64,000 nucleotides of DNA, taken from contig SXOO01000062.1 of assembly GCA_005776725.1 (NCBI GenBank), positions 358-64,357 on the forward strand, read 5' to 3'. Below the pieces are notes generated by a model that saw only the letters and a list, made by a program, of their open reading frames with translations, was not told the origin of the DNA and did not search any database. The stretch's first letter is position 1. The number at the start of each line of letters is the position of its first letter. The DNA is from Pseudomonadota bacterium. GTDB lineage: Bacteria > Myxococcota_A > UBA9042 > GCA-2863065. Positions 35,857 through 45,444 of the stretch are shown here, piece after piece. The position numbers and the translations under genes were made by a program.

Positions 35857-37788
35857 CTAGAAGTACCGATCGAGCCAACGCGCGGCGTTGATCACGGGCC
35901 AGGACCAGCGCCACAGCCCCTTGGGTGGCGCGATCAGGTGCTCTCGGATCGCTGGCGAGAACACCTCCTTCACCACATGTGAGCGCTGCAACACGTCGGA
36001 GTCGGCAGACAACCACCCCTCGAAGGGCAGCGGGAAGCTCACTTTGGGGCGATCTACCGTCCAAGCCGGGAGGAGGTCGCGGAACGCCTCGCGCAGCACG
36101 CGCTTGCCGAGGGCGCCGCCGGTGACCGCCCGCGCGGCGACCTCGGGCCCGTGTGAGGACTGGTCGACCTTGAGCCGCCACGGGATTCGACTCGCCAGCT
36201 CGGCCACTCGAACGTCCGCGAACGGCGTCCGCCCTTCGACGGACGCGGCCATCGTCGAGCTGTCGAGGCGACCCAAGAGGCCCGTGAGGTTGACCCGTCG
36301 ATGCAGCCGGAGCATGGCCTCCATCTCAGCGTCCTCCACCGACTCCCCCAGCGAGGCGCGCCCGATGTCGGCGAGCTCGTCGTGCAGCTCCTGGCGCAGC
36401 GCCGCAACCCCGCCGGTGGCCCACGGCGCGAGCACCTCGGACTCGAGCTGCGGCGCCACCCACGACGTCACGCGAAGATAGTGGTCCACGAGGCCCCCGA
36501 GCTCGTGCGTCGAGTAGGCCTCTTCGAGTTCAGCGGTGTAACGGGCGCGCGCGGTCTCTGGGAGCGTCGCCACCCGCCTCACCCCATCCAGGGCGGCGAA
36601 GACCGGGTGGACATAGCCCCCGAAGAGCTCGTCCGCCCCCTCGCCGGAGAACGCCACCGTCGCGTGGGGCTTGAGCGCGCGCGACACCGCCAGGATGGCC
36701 GTCTCATTCGGCGTGGAGAGCGGGAGCGCGTTGGCCTCGAGCAGCTCCGTCCAGAGCGCTCGGAACTGCCCTCGACCGAGCTCGACCCGTGTGTGCGCGG
36801 TACCGAGCCAGCCAGAGAGCGCGTCAGCGTGACTCAGGTCGTCTTCGCCAGCGGGTTCACCGTTCAGCGGGACGCTAGGCCATCCAACTGGAGTCCCGGC
36901 GCACCACGTGCGCATCAGGTCGGCCTCGCCCCGCTGGCGGAGGAGCGCGGTGAGTATCCCGGAGTCGAGCCCCCCGGAGAGAAGGGCACACCGGGGCACG
37001 TCCGAGCGAAGGTGCGCCTCAACGGACGCCTCCACCGCAGACCGCACCGCGGCGGCCGCTTCGCCGGGCTCCATGGCCTCGACCGAGGGCTCCGTCCATC
37101 GCATTCGCAGCGCGAAGGGCGACACCGCGGAGACAGGCCGTCTCAGGTCGAGGGTGAGCGTCTCCCCCGGTCGCACGGTCTCGATCCCCTCGAAGAGGGT
37201 CTTCGAGCCTAGAGTGGTCCGGAGGGTCACGAGGTAGGCCGAGAGGGCTGCGAGGTGAGGCCGCCGCGGGATCTCGGGGTGGGCGAGCAGCGCCGGGAGC
37301 TGGCTACCAAAGACGAGCTCTCCCCGCACAGCGGTCGAGTAGAACAGCGGCTTCACGCCCAGCGGGTCACGCGAGAGGATCAGCGAGTCCTTCAGGCGGT
37401 CATGGAACGCGACGGCGTACATGCCGCGCAGGCGCCGGGGCGCGTCCGGCCCGAACACAGCGAAGGCCCACAGGACGGTCTCGGTGTCGGAGCGGGTCTT
37501 GAAGACCACGCCCCGCTCAGTCAGCGCGAGCCGAACCTCGGCGTCGTTGTAGAGCTCGCCGTTGTAGACCACGCCGTAGCGACCGTCGGGCGAGGTCATG
37601 GGCTGAGCGCCCGCTTCACCCCCCACGACCGACAAGCGACGGTGAGCGAACAACACGTTCCCCCGGTCAGAGCGCCCGGAGCCGTCGGGGCCTCTGGCGT
37701 TCAGGGTGTTCGCCATAGCGTCCAGCTGCTCCCACGACAGCGCAGGCGTCGCTCCGCGTGCAGCCGCCACCCCAACGAATCCGCACAT
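35857..37788 (-). CDS. asnB: Asparagine synthase (glutamine-hydrolysing)
   Basis: 643 aa. N-terminal MCGFVG (Ntn catalytic Cys2), then YNGELYN, and the synthetase-domain SGGLDS PP-loop (LLSGGLDSG). Confidence 0.9.
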   Translation of the reverse strand: MCGFVGVAAARGATPALSWEQLDAMANTLNARGPDGSGRSDRGNVLFAHRRLSVVGGEAGAQPMTSPDGRYGVVYNGELYNDAEVRLALTERGVVFKTRSDTETVLWAFAVFGPDAPRRLRGMYAVAFHDRLKDSLILSRDPLGVKPLFYSTAVRGELVFGSQLPALLAHPEIPRRPHLAALSAYLVTLRTTLGSKTLFEGIETVRPGETLTLDLRRPVSAVSPFALRMRWTEPSVEAMEPGEAAAAVRSAVEASVEAHLRSDVPRCALLSGGLDSGILTALLRQRGEADLMRTWCAGTPVGWPSVPLNGEPAGEDDLSHADALSGWLGTAHTRVELGRGQFRALWTELLEANALPLSTPNETAILAVSRALKPHATVAFSGEGADELFGGYVHPVFAALDGVRRVATLPETARARYTAELEEAYSTHELGGLVDHYLRVTSWVAPQLESEVLAPWATGGVAALRQELHDELADIGRASLGESVEDAEMEAMLRLHRRVNLTGLLGRLDSSTMAASVEGRTPFADVRVAELASRIPWRLKVDQSSHGPEVAARAVTGGALGKRVLREAFRDLLPAWTVDRPKVSFPLPFEGWLSADSDVLQRSHVVKEVFSPAIREHLIAPPKGLWRWSWPVINAARWLDRYF

Positions 37789-37898
37789 GGTGCCTCCCCG
37801 GCCTCCTGGGTCACCGTCGACCCACCATCGGAACGGGACGCTTGGGCGCGACGTAAGCCCTTCCTCCTACCCCGCTGAGGCGTTACGGTGCGGCACTC

Positions 37899-39023
37899 GT
37901 GAGCTGGCACAGGGGCACAGACGTCGTGGTGGTCGGGGCCGGTTTCGCCGGCGCCGTGGTGGCCGAGCGCCTGGCCACAGCCGGGCTCACCGTGCGGGTC
38001 CTGGAGAAGCGTGACCACCTCGCCGGAATGGCGCACGACGCTGTGGACGCCAGCGGCATTCGCGTCCAGACCTACGGGCCGCACTACTTCCGCACCAGCG
38101 CGCAGCACGTGGTCGACTACCTCTCGCGCTTCACGGCGTGGCATCCGGTGGAATACCGCGCCGCCGCGTGGGCCGAAGGGCGCCTCTGGCCCTTCCCGAT
38201 CTCGCTCGAGACCTTCGAGGCACTGGCCGGCAAGGAGGCCACCTCCCACGAGTTCGAGCGCTGGCTCAGCGCCGAGCGGGTCCCCATCGCGTCACCCACC
38301 ACGAGCGAGGAGCTGGTCCTGTCCACCGTGGGACGGCGGCTCTACGAGCTGTTCTACGCAGGCTATACCTCGAAACAGTGGGCCCGCCCCGCCTCGGAGC
38401 TGCCGGCATCCCTGGCCGGCCGGATCCCCGTCCGCACGACGCGCGATCGTCGTTATCTCGTCGAGCCTTTCCAGGCCGTGCCCGTGGACGGATACACCCG
38501 CCTCTTCGAGCGCCTGCTCGACCACCCGCGCATCACCGTGGAGCTCGGGCGAGCGTTCCGCCTGGACGACCGCCGTGCGGGGGCACACCTGGTCTACACC
38601 GGCCCGCTGGATGCTTTGTACGACTACCGCCTAGGCGCCCTGCCCTGGCGCTCGGTCCGCTGGGAGCGGGAGACGGTGTATCGCGCCCCAGCGCAGGCGG
38701 AGATGCAGGTGAACTACCCGAATGACCATGCGTATACGCGCGTGCTCGAGCCGCGCTGGCTCATGCCCTCGCCCCCCGCCGGGGTCAGCACCCTGGTCCG
38801 CGAATACCCGGTCGACTGGGCGCCCGGGCTCGAGCCCTACTACGCGCTGCCCACGCTCGAGGCCAGGGCGCACTACGCCCGGTACCGCGCGCTGGCCGAA
38901 GCCGACTCGGAGCTGACGGTGCTCGGGCGCCTCGGGCGATACACCAACTACAACATGGACCAGGTCACCGCGCAGGCCCTCGAGGTGGCGGCGGCGCTGG
39001 TGGCGCGGCTGTGTCCGCGATGA
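37899..39023 (+). CDS. glf: UDP-galactopyranose mutase
   Basis: 374 aa. Motifs: VVVVGAGFAGAV (FAD GxGxxG), YGPHYFRT, YTSKQW, and C-terminal GRLGRYTNYNMDQV, matching the Glf signature. Confidence 0.85.
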   Translation: MSWHRGTDVVVVGAGFAGAVVAERLATAGLTVRVLEKRDHLAGMAHDAVDASGIRVQTYGPHYFRTSAQHVVDYLSRFTAWHPVEYRAAAWAEGRLWPFPISLETFEALAGKEATSHEFERWLSAERVPIASPTTSEELVLSTVGRRLYELFYAGYTSKQWARPASELPASLAGRIPVRTTRDRRYLVEPFQAVPVDGYTRLFERLLDHPRITVELGRAFRLDDRRAGAHLVYTGPLDALYDYRLGALPWRSVRWERETVYRAPAQAEMQVNYPNDHAYTRVLEPRWLMPSPPAGVSTLVREYPVDWAPGLEPYYALPTLEARAHYARYRALAEADSELTVLGRLGRYTNYNMDQVTAQALEVAAALVARLCPR

Positions 39024-39730
39024 GCAGCACCGCGCTGGTCGTAGCGCGCTACCAGGAGCGCCTAGAGTGGCTCCGCCGCGTCCCGGCCACGATGAGCGTC
39101 TACGTCTACGACAAGGACGACCGCCCGGAGCCGCGTGAGCCGGTCGCTCTCCCCAGGACGCCCAAGGTCGCCGAGCGCCTCACGAACCTCGGCCGAGAGG
39201 CCCACACCTACCTGCACCACATCCTCCGGCGCTGGGACTCGCTCGAAGACGTCACGGTGTTCGCCCAGGGCCACCCGTTCGACCACGCGTCCGACTTCCA
39301 CGCGGTGCTGAAGGGGCTGGCCGCGGCGCCGGAGGCCCTGCCCGAGTCGGGCTTCCGCTGGCTCGGCTTCATCATCGACTCCGACGACCCGCGTGGGCGG
39401 CGCCTCTTCGTCCCGTGGTCCAAGAACGAGGACGGCCGCGAGCTGCGCACGGACCTCTTCTACGACGCCCTCTTTGGCGCGCCGGCCCCGGAGTGGCTGC
39501 ACTTCTATCCGGGCGGTCAGTTCGTGGCGACGCGGGCGGCCATCCACGCCCGACCGCGGGCATTTTACGAGCGGGCGTTCATGCTGGCCGCCACGTTCCC
39601 GGACGGGGCGCATTGCTTCGAGCGGCTGTGGGATCGCGTCTTCCGAGCAGAAGGCGCTGCTGAGGCGCAGCTAGACGGCGCCTTGTGCCGCTACCTGAAG
39701 CCGGTGCGGCGAGGGCTGGAACCTGGGTGA
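39020..39730 (+). CDS. DUF3431-like protein
   Basis: The ATG at 39020 overlaps the glf stop (ATGA at 39020..39023). ALVVARYQERLEWL...VYVYDKDD...NLGREAHTYLHHILRRWDSLEDVTVFAQGHP matches the DUF3431 pattern I recall (..NKGREa..YLtyIi..Yd.L.d...F.H). Confidence 0.6.
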   Translation: MSSTALVVARYQERLEWLRRVPATMSVYVYDKDDRPEPREPVALPRTPKVAERLTNLGREAHTYLHHILRRWDSLEDVTVFAQGHPFDHASDFHAVLKGLAAAPEALPESGFRWLGFIIDSDDPRGRRLFVPWSKNEDGRELRTDLFYDALFGAPAPEWLHFYPGGQFVATRAAIHARPRAFYERAFMLAATFPDGAHCFERLWDRVFRAEGAAEAQLDGALCRYLKPVRRGLEPG

Positions 39731-39816
39731 TTCGTAAGAAGAGGGGGACCGGTCGCAGACACTCATGGGTCCTCGAACGCGTCCGCCGCCCAGGGGGCGC
39801 GTTGGTCCACCCCAGA

Positions 39817-39847
39817 CCCCGGCCCGAACGACGTCCGGGCCCGGGGG
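39817..39847. terminator. GC-rich imperfect hairpin between convergent genes (possible bidirectional terminator)
   Basis: ccccggccc ...11-nt loop... gggc(c)ccgggg: a 9-bp stem with one bulge, read from the sequence between the DUF3431 stop (39730) and the Tex-like stop (39853). No U-tract. Confidence 0.25.
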
Positions 39848-39852
39848 CGAGG

Positions 39853-41574
39853 TCAGCTCGCGGGCTTCTTGAAGAGGTTCTCGAGATCCCGCAGCGCCTT
39901 CGCGCGGTCCTGAGGATCGGAGGCCCCCGACGGCCCGCCGAACGCGCTCATGTCGTCCATGCGAGGCCCAGGGCCCGTGGGGCGGGCGCTCATGGACATG
40001 GCCCGACGCGGCGGCGGACGCGAAGCCAGGGGGTCTCGACCCATGCGCGGAGGTCCCCGTGTGGGTCCCCGCGCGGCGGCCGCCTCCGAGCGCAGCGAGA
40101 GCGCGATGCGCCCACGGTCTGCGTCCACGGTGATGACGCGCGCCGTGACCTGTTGGCCGGCCTGCACCACATCCGAGGGCTCTGGCACGAACTCGTCGGC
40201 CAGCTCGGAGATGTGTACGAGGCCCTCCTGCTTGATGCCGAGGTTCACGAACGCCCCGAACTTGGTGACGTTGGTGATGAGGCCCTTCACCTGCAGGCCG
40301 GGACGCAGGTCTCGGATCGAGCTGATGTCCGGGTTCAGCGGCGCTGTGGCGCGCGCGCGGATCCCACCCGTGACCACAGGCGCGTTGCTCAGCGGCTGTA
40401 CCGACGCGATGACGCGCTCGCGGATCACCTGGAGCAGCTCCAGGAGCCGAATAGGCTCGAGCTCCCCCTGCACCCGCGACAACCCGATGCGACCCGGATC
40501 CACGCGGCACCACTCGTCGAGCGGTTTGGACGCGCGACGAAGAAGCACCACCGCCGACGCCTCCTCGGGGCTGACGCGCTTCAAAACCGGATCATCGATG
40601 GTCCGGGCCTCTACGAGGCCTGCGGGGCTCACCCGAACCGTGCGCAGCTTCTGGTCGTTGCAGTAGGTGTCCAGGTCGTTCAGCCACTCGCCCGCGGGCG
40701 CCGTGGTGGGGATCACGACGAGTCGCGCCTTCTGGTCGCGCATCCAGCGCACGACGCGGTCGGTCCAGTCGCCGGTGGGGCGGAGCGGAGCGGTGGCCGC
40801 GATCGCCCCGCGCTTATCGAGGAGCGCCAGACCCACGCGCTGCTTGTCGGTGCCCACGTAGACCGCGCCGAGCGGCTGCACCTTCAGCGGCGCGACCTCC
40901 AGCAGAGCCCGATACTCGGCGGCGACGATGCGCAGCACGGCCTCCTCGTGGAGCGCCGTGAGTCGATCGGCGAGGCGGGACTCGGCTCCTGCGAGCAGCT
41001 CGCGAAGCGCCGCGGCCACCTTCTTCTTCCCGATCAGCCCCTCGAGCGTCTGCCGGTGTGCCGACGCCTCCAGGGTTGCCTCGTACGGGAGCTCCCAGGC
41101 CAGCTTGGCTGCGCCATCTTTCTCCGAGCGGGCCAGGTTGAGCCAGGTCTCTGACGCAATCTCGGCGAGCTTGTACTCACCCTCGAGGGCGCTGCCGGTG
41201 GCACGGACGGAGCCGCTCACGAGGCTAGCCTCGATGAGTTCGCCGTCGAACGCGAGCAGCGCAGCGCGGTTCGCCACATCTGGGTCCGTGGAGAGCGCTT
41301 TTACCGCCGTGAGCCGGTCGCGGCGCGGCGCGGGGCCTACGGCCTCGAGCTGCTCGTCGCTGAGGCCCTTCGACCGCGTGAGGCTGTCGAGCCATCGGTG
41401 GCGAATGATCACCAGCTCGACGAGCGCTTCGACTTCGACCGCGCGCAGCGCCGGGCGTAGCCCGCTGAGCGGCTCTGTGAGATCGCGCACGGCGTCGCTC
41501 TCGAAGAGCTCGGCGGCGTTTCGGGGAAGGGGTTGCTCGAGCCCAGCGGCTCCTAGAAACGCCTCGAGTTTCAT
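39853..41574 (-). CDS. Tex-like S1 RNA-binding protein (YqgF/RNase-H-like plus S1 domain)
   Basis: I place the start at the ATG at 41574 (MKLEAFLGAAG). YqgF-like segment: LGAVYVGTDKQRVGLALLDKRGAIAAT. S1 domain: GLQVKGLITNVTKFGAFVNLGIKQEGLVHISELADEFV...VTARVITVDADRGRIALSLR. Basic/Pro-rich tail. The 66 upstream codons of the track ORF are R/G-rich. Confidence 0.7.
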   Translation of the reverse strand: MKLEAFLGAAGLEQPLPRNAAELFESDAVRDLTEPLSGLRPALRAVEVEALVELVIIRHRWLDSLTRSKGLSDEQLEAVGPAPRRDRLTAVKALSTDPDVANRAALLAFDGELIEASLVSGSVRATGSALEGEYKLAEIASETWLNLARSEKDGAAKLAWELPYEATLEASAHRQTLEGLIGKKKVAAALRELLAGAESRLADRLTALHEEAVLRIVAAEYRALLEVAPLKVQPLGAVYVGTDKQRVGLALLDKRGAIAATAPLRPTGDWTDRVVRWMRDQKARLVVIPTTAPAGEWLNDLDTYCNDQKLRTVRVSPAGLVEARTIDDPVLKRVSPEEASAVVLLRRASKPLDEWCRVDPGRIGLSRVQGELEPIRLLELLQVIRERVIASVQPLSNAPVVTGGIRARATAPLNPDISSIRDLRPGLQVKGLITNVTKFGAFVNLGIKQEGLVHISELADEFVPEPSDVVQAGQQVTARVITVDADRGRIALSLRSEAAAARGPTRGPPRMGRDPLASRPPPRRAMSMSARPTGPGPRMDDMSAFGGPSGASDPQDRAKALRDLENLFKKPAS

Positions 41575-41970
41575 CGCGTCCTCGCGGGGATATGCACCGC
41601 TGGGCCGCCGGGCGGTCTCGCTGCGTGTGCCATGGGTAACTTGGCTTGGGGTCCCGGCCTGGCGGGACATCCAGCCGGCGACCGACGCGCGCATTGCGCA
41701 CCGAGCCGACTGCGTTGGAATCTGGGGGCCTCCCCCAACACGGGGCGAGGAGCGGCGGACCGCGCCTCTCAAGGGGGGAGCACAGTAAGTCTACCCGAGC
41801 ACGCGGGGTCGTCAATGTCGTCAGCGTCGCCGGTGGATGCAAGTTCGGCCGGAGCCACCATGTTGGCGCGGGTCGCGTGGTGAGGCGCGGCCCGCGCTCG
41901 GTTCCCCATGGCGGCCCTCCCCGGGCTGTCCCTCGACACCTGACGACCGAGCAGCTAACGTCCCAGCGCC

Positions 41971-42420
41971 GTGGAGAAGCTCATCGCGCAGAACAAGAAG
42001 GCTCGGCACGAGTTCGAGCTCGAGGACGAGCTCGAAGCAGGGCTCGTCCTCGTAGGCAGCGAGGTGAAGAGCCTGCGTGCCGGGAAGGCGTCGCTCGACG
42101 GCGCCTGGGTGATGCTCCGCTCGGGCGAGCTGTACCTCGTGGGCGCGCACATCGCCATCTACCCCCAGGCCAACCGCTTCAACCACGAGCCCATGCGCGA
42201 GCGGAAGCTGCTCGTACGCCGCGGCGAGCTCGACAAGCTCTCCACCCGTGTGAAGGAGCGTGGCTTCACGCTGGTGCCGATGCGGCTCTATTGGAAGGAC
42301 GCGCACGTGAAGCTGCAGTTCGGCCTCGGCAAGGGCAAGAAGCTGTACGACAAGCGCCAGGATCTGCGGGCAAAGGACGACCGCCGGGAGATGGACCGGG
42401 CCCTCAAGGCATACCGCTGA
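41971..42420 (+). CDS. smpB: SsrA-binding protein
   Basis: 149 aa. Motifs: IAQNKKARHEFELEDELEAGLVLVGSEVKSLR, NHEPMRERKLLVRRGELDKL, LVPMRLYWKD..VKLQFGLGKGKKLYDKR; all are canonical SmpB. Confidence 0.9.
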   Translation: MEKLIAQNKKARHEFELEDELEAGLVLVGSEVKSLRAGKASLDGAWVMLRSGELYLVGAHIAIYPQANRFNHEPMRERKLLVRRGELDKLSTRVKERGFTLVPMRLYWKDAHVKLQFGLGKGKKLYDKRQDLRAKDDRREMDRALKAYR

Positions 42421-43514
42421 TGTCCGGCCAGAAGCGAATGGAGCTCTGGGTCGGGCTGCTCATCGTCGTGTGCGGTGGGCTGCTCGTCGCGTTCCTCTTC
42501 CTGCTCAGTGGGTGGCGGCGTGGCGAGACGTCGCTGCTCTCGGTCGACTTCGACACGAGCTCAGGCCTCAAGGTGGGCGCGGCCGTTCGGATCGCCGGTA
42601 TGGAGGCCGGCCGCGTGGAGGGCGTCGAGTTCCTGGGTGGCGCGGTCGATCCCGCCACCAACCGCGCCACGTGGGTTCGCGTCGCACTGAGCCTCACCCC
42701 CGAGATGCGCGCCACGCTTCGCAGCGACGCGAAGTTCTACATCACCACCGCCGGGCTCCTGGGCGAGAAGTACGTCGAGATCGACCCCGGCGGAGAGGCC
42801 TCGCCCCTCCCGGAGGGCATCGGCCGGGGCATGCCGCCCATGCGCCTCGAGGTGGTCGCCGCCCAGGCCCAACGCGCGCTCGAGACCGTCAATGCGGTCT
42901 TGTCCGAGAACCGCGAGACCATCACCGAGACGATCCGCGAGGTGAAGCGCACGGTCGAGCTGGCGAGGCTGGCCCTCGAAGACGGTCGCACGTTCATCAG
43001 CCGCGCGTCGGCCGCGCTCGAGACGCTGGAACCCAAAGGCTCGAAGCTCCTCGACGTGGCCACCGCGGCGATCTCCGAATACACGCCGGGCACGGGAGAC
43101 ACCGGCAACGCCATTCGTGACGCGGTCACGGCCGGGCGAGCCACGATCGAGCGCGTGCGAAACGTGGTCGACAGCGGCAAGGTCGACGCGATCCTCGAGG
43201 AGACCCACGGGGCCGTCACCGACGCCCGCGGCCTCATGCGGGACGCGGGCGTGGAGCTCTCCGGCGTCTCCGGCCGGGTGAAGGGCGTGCTCGACCGCGC
43301 GGACGGCGCCATGGTTTCGGGAGAGGCCGCCGTGCTGGCAGCGCTCCAGAAGGTCGACACGATCATCGAAGACGCGAAGGTGGTGGCCCAGCGCATCCGC
43401 CGGGGCGAGGGGACGGTCGGCGCCCTGCTCGCTGACCGCGAGCTCTTCGACGACGCCCGCGAGCTGATGAAGGACATCAAGCGTCACCCCTGGAAGGTTC
43501 TCTGGAAGGAGTGA
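42420..43514 (+). CDS. MlaD/MCE-family protein (N-terminal TM, MCE domain, long helical C-terminus)
   Basis: The ATG at 42420 shares one nt with the smpB stop (TGATG). MELWVGLLIVVCGGLLVAFLFLL is a TM helix. The MCE core reads SGLKVGAAVRIAGMEAGRVEGVEF...TAGLLGEKYVEIDPG. The track ORF 41646..43514 N-terminal part overlaps smpB out of frame. Confidence 0.75.
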   Translation: MSGQKRMELWVGLLIVVCGGLLVAFLFLLSGWRRGETSLLSVDFDTSSGLKVGAAVRIAGMEAGRVEGVEFLGGAVDPATNRATWVRVALSLTPEMRATLRSDAKFYITTAGLLGEKYVEIDPGGEASPLPEGIGRGMPPMRLEVVAAQAQRALETVNAVLSENRETITETIREVKRTVELARLALEDGRTFISRASAALETLEPKGSKLLDVATAAISEYTPGTGDTGNAIRDAVTAGRATIERVRNVVDSGKVDAILEETHGAVTDARGLMRDAGVELSGVSGRVKGVLDRADGAMVSGEAAVLAALQKVDTIIEDAKVVAQRIRRGEGTVGALLADRELFDDARELMKDIKRHPWKVLWKE

Positions 43515-44893
43515 CCATGGCGCGCATCGTCGAACGACATCGCGTGATCCGCGACCTCCTCCGCGCCCTCAGGACGAAGCGGTTCCTGATCCTCGCGGGG
43601 ATCAGCGGCACCGGCAAGACGCAGCTCGCGCGCCGCCTGGCGGCTTCGATCACCGCCGTCGACCGCGTGGACGGCAACGGCCGTGGCTTCGCCCGGGTGG
43701 AGGAGGCGCTCGACCGCGCCGTGGCGGGCGAGCCCAACTTCCTCTTCGAGCCGATCCCGGGACATCCGGACCACGTCCACGTGGTGGACGTTGGCTCGGG
43801 CGGCGAACACGCGCGGGCCGACGCCCTGTTCGACCGCCGCGTCGGCTTCGTGCCCGTCCGGCCCGACTGGACCGACTCGAAGCGCGTCCTCGGTTACTAC
43901 AACCCGCTCACCGGGCGTTATTACCCCACCGATGTGCTGGTGGTGCTCTTGAACGCGTGGCGCGAGTTCGCCGAGCACGGGGACGAGGCCGGCAGCCACT
44001 TCATCGTGCTCGACGAGATGAACCTCGCGCGGGTCGAGTACTACCTGGCCGATCTGCTGTCGCTCATGGAGTCCGGTGCCTCCGTAGATCCCGACCACCC
44101 GGATCGCGTCCGCCTCGGCGAGCTGGCACGGGTTCACCCGCTCGATACCCTCGTGGTGAGTCAGGGCACGCGTGGGGTGCACGACCAACGCTCGGAGGCC
44201 GAGGCGCAGGCGGCGTTCGCCAACGTCGACACCGGCGGGAAACGCGTGATGGGGGCCGCCCGCACGGGCACCCTGGAGCAGCTGGTGCCGCTCCGAGAGC
44301 TGGACGAGCGGCGGTTCGTGTACGAGGCGCTCGTCCGCGGCCAAGAGTTCATCACGCGCCCGAAGCAGCCGCTGCCGCCCATCGATCCGGTCCGGCACGC
44401 TCTAGCGCTCCTCTACCCCATCCCGCCCCGCATCGCGTTCCCCCCCAACGTCACCCTGATTGGCACGATCAACGTCGACGAGACCACACACGGGCTCTCG
44501 CCCAAGGTGCTGGACCGCGCCTTCGTGCTCGAGTTCAGCGAGGTCTCTTACGCCGCTGCGCTGGGCTCCCACCCGGAGTTCTCGAGTGTCGGCCCGCACC
44601 TCGAGGCGCTCCACGCGGCGCTCGAGCCGTCCACGCTGCACTTCGGCTACCGGGTGGCCCACGAGATCCTGGAGTACGTCGCTGGCGCGCCAACCGCTCC
44701 GCTGGCGGAGTCGATGGACTTCCTGCTCACCAGCAAGGTGCTACCGAAGCTCCGCGGCCCCGAGTCAACGCTCGGGGAGGCGGTCTCCGCGCTCCTCAAC
44801 TACACACGCGCGCACGGCCTCCCCCGCGCCGAGCGGAAGCTTGTCGCCATGCAGCGGCAGCTCGAACACCATGGCTACGCCAGCTTCTTCTGA
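43511..44893 (+). CDS. McrB-family AAA+ (GTPase/ATPase) protein without N-terminal DNA-binding domain
   Basis: The GTG at 43511 overlaps the mlaD-like stop (GTGA); an ATG at 43517 is the alternative. Walker A: FLILAGISGTGKTQLA. Clade-typical motifs: VRPDWTDSKRVLGYYNPLTGRYYPT, Walker B plus signature FIVLDEMNLARVEYYLADLLSLMES, and NVTLIGTINVDETTHGLSPKVLDRAFVLEF. Confidence 0.75.
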   Translation: MTMARIVERHRVIRDLLRALRTKRFLILAGISGTGKTQLARRLAASITAVDRVDGNGRGFARVEEALDRAVAGEPNFLFEPIPGHPDHVHVVDVGSGGEHARADALFDRRVGFVPVRPDWTDSKRVLGYYNPLTGRYYPTDVLVVLLNAWREFAEHGDEAGSHFIVLDEMNLARVEYYLADLLSLMESGASVDPDHPDRVRLGELARVHPLDTLVVSQGTRGVHDQRSEAEAQAAFANVDTGGKRVMGAARTGTLEQLVPLRELDERRFVYEALVRGQEFITRPKQPLPPIDPVRHALALLYPIPPRIAFPPNVTLIGTINVDETTHGLSPKVLDRAFVLEFSEVSYAAALGSHPEFSSVGPHLEALHAALEPSTLHFGYRVAHEILEYVAGAPTAPLAESMDFLLTSKVLPKLRGPESTLGEAVSALLNYTRAHGLPRAERKLVAMQRQLEHHGYASFF

Positions 44894-45440
44894 GGGCGCC
44901 CCGAAGGGCCGTCCGGCGGCGTCCGAGGCCTTACCGGACCCGCAGAGGTTGGTGGACGTCCTGCACAGCGGCAGCCCGGCGCTCCTCCAGGTGTTGCTGG
45001 AGCTCGCGCGCCATCCGCGCTTCGAGCTGACCCACGGGCTCGTGATCGGGGCCATCGACGAAGCGACGGACGTGGAGGTCGACGCGATCCCCGACCTGGC
45101 CACGGCCCCGGGGGTGCTGGAGCCGTCCCCGGACGACACGGTGCACGCCGAGGCCGACGGGCTGAAGCTCCGCCTCTCCATGTTGCCCAATCGGCGCATG
45201 GAGCTCACGGCCAACTCTCTGCCAAATCGCTTCGTGAAGGGCTTCGTGCTCCGGGCGGTCCGAGCGCTGCAGGGCGCTCCCGAGCACGCGGCCGTGCGCC
45301 GACGCCTCCTGGCCCTCGTGGCCACCGGCGAGCTCAGCGACGTAGAACCGCTGACCTCCCTGCACTACCGCTCGAACGCCGTTCTCGAGAGAGACCCGCG
45401 GTACCGGCGGGTGCTGGAGGCAGCGCTGGCCTTGCGCTGA
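44871..45440 (+). CDS. Short McrC/DUF2357-N-terminal-like partner protein (189 aa, no nuclease core seen)
   Basis: The ATG at 44871 overlaps the last 23 nt of the McrB-like gene. SLPNRFVKGFVLRAV resembles the (E)NRF(V/L)K motif of McrC/DUF2357 proteins. The protein ends at ...RDPRYRRVLEAALALR*, where I would expect a PD-(D/E)xK domain to follow. The stop is 4 nt from the convergent fadD-like stop. Confidence 0.45.
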   Translation: MATPASSEGAPKGRPAASEALPDPQRLVDVLHSGSPALLQVLLELARHPRFELTHGLVIGAIDEATDVEVDAIPDLATAPGVLEPSPDDTVHAEADGLKLRLSMLPNRRMELTANSLPNRFVKGFVLRAVRALQGAPEHAAVRRRLLALVATGELSDVEPLTSLHYRSNAVLERDPRYRRVLEAALALR

Positions 45441-45444
45441 GGCG

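Noticed and set aside
41575-41970. Search for tmRNA (ssrA) or another structured RNA in the ~400-bp region upstream of smpB
   Set aside because: I found no tRNA-like acceptor/T-arm ending (..GGTTCGAnnCC..CCA), no GGGGCTGA-type 5' end, and no tag-peptide reading frame. I treat the region as a divergent promoter region only; a covariance-model scan would be decisive.
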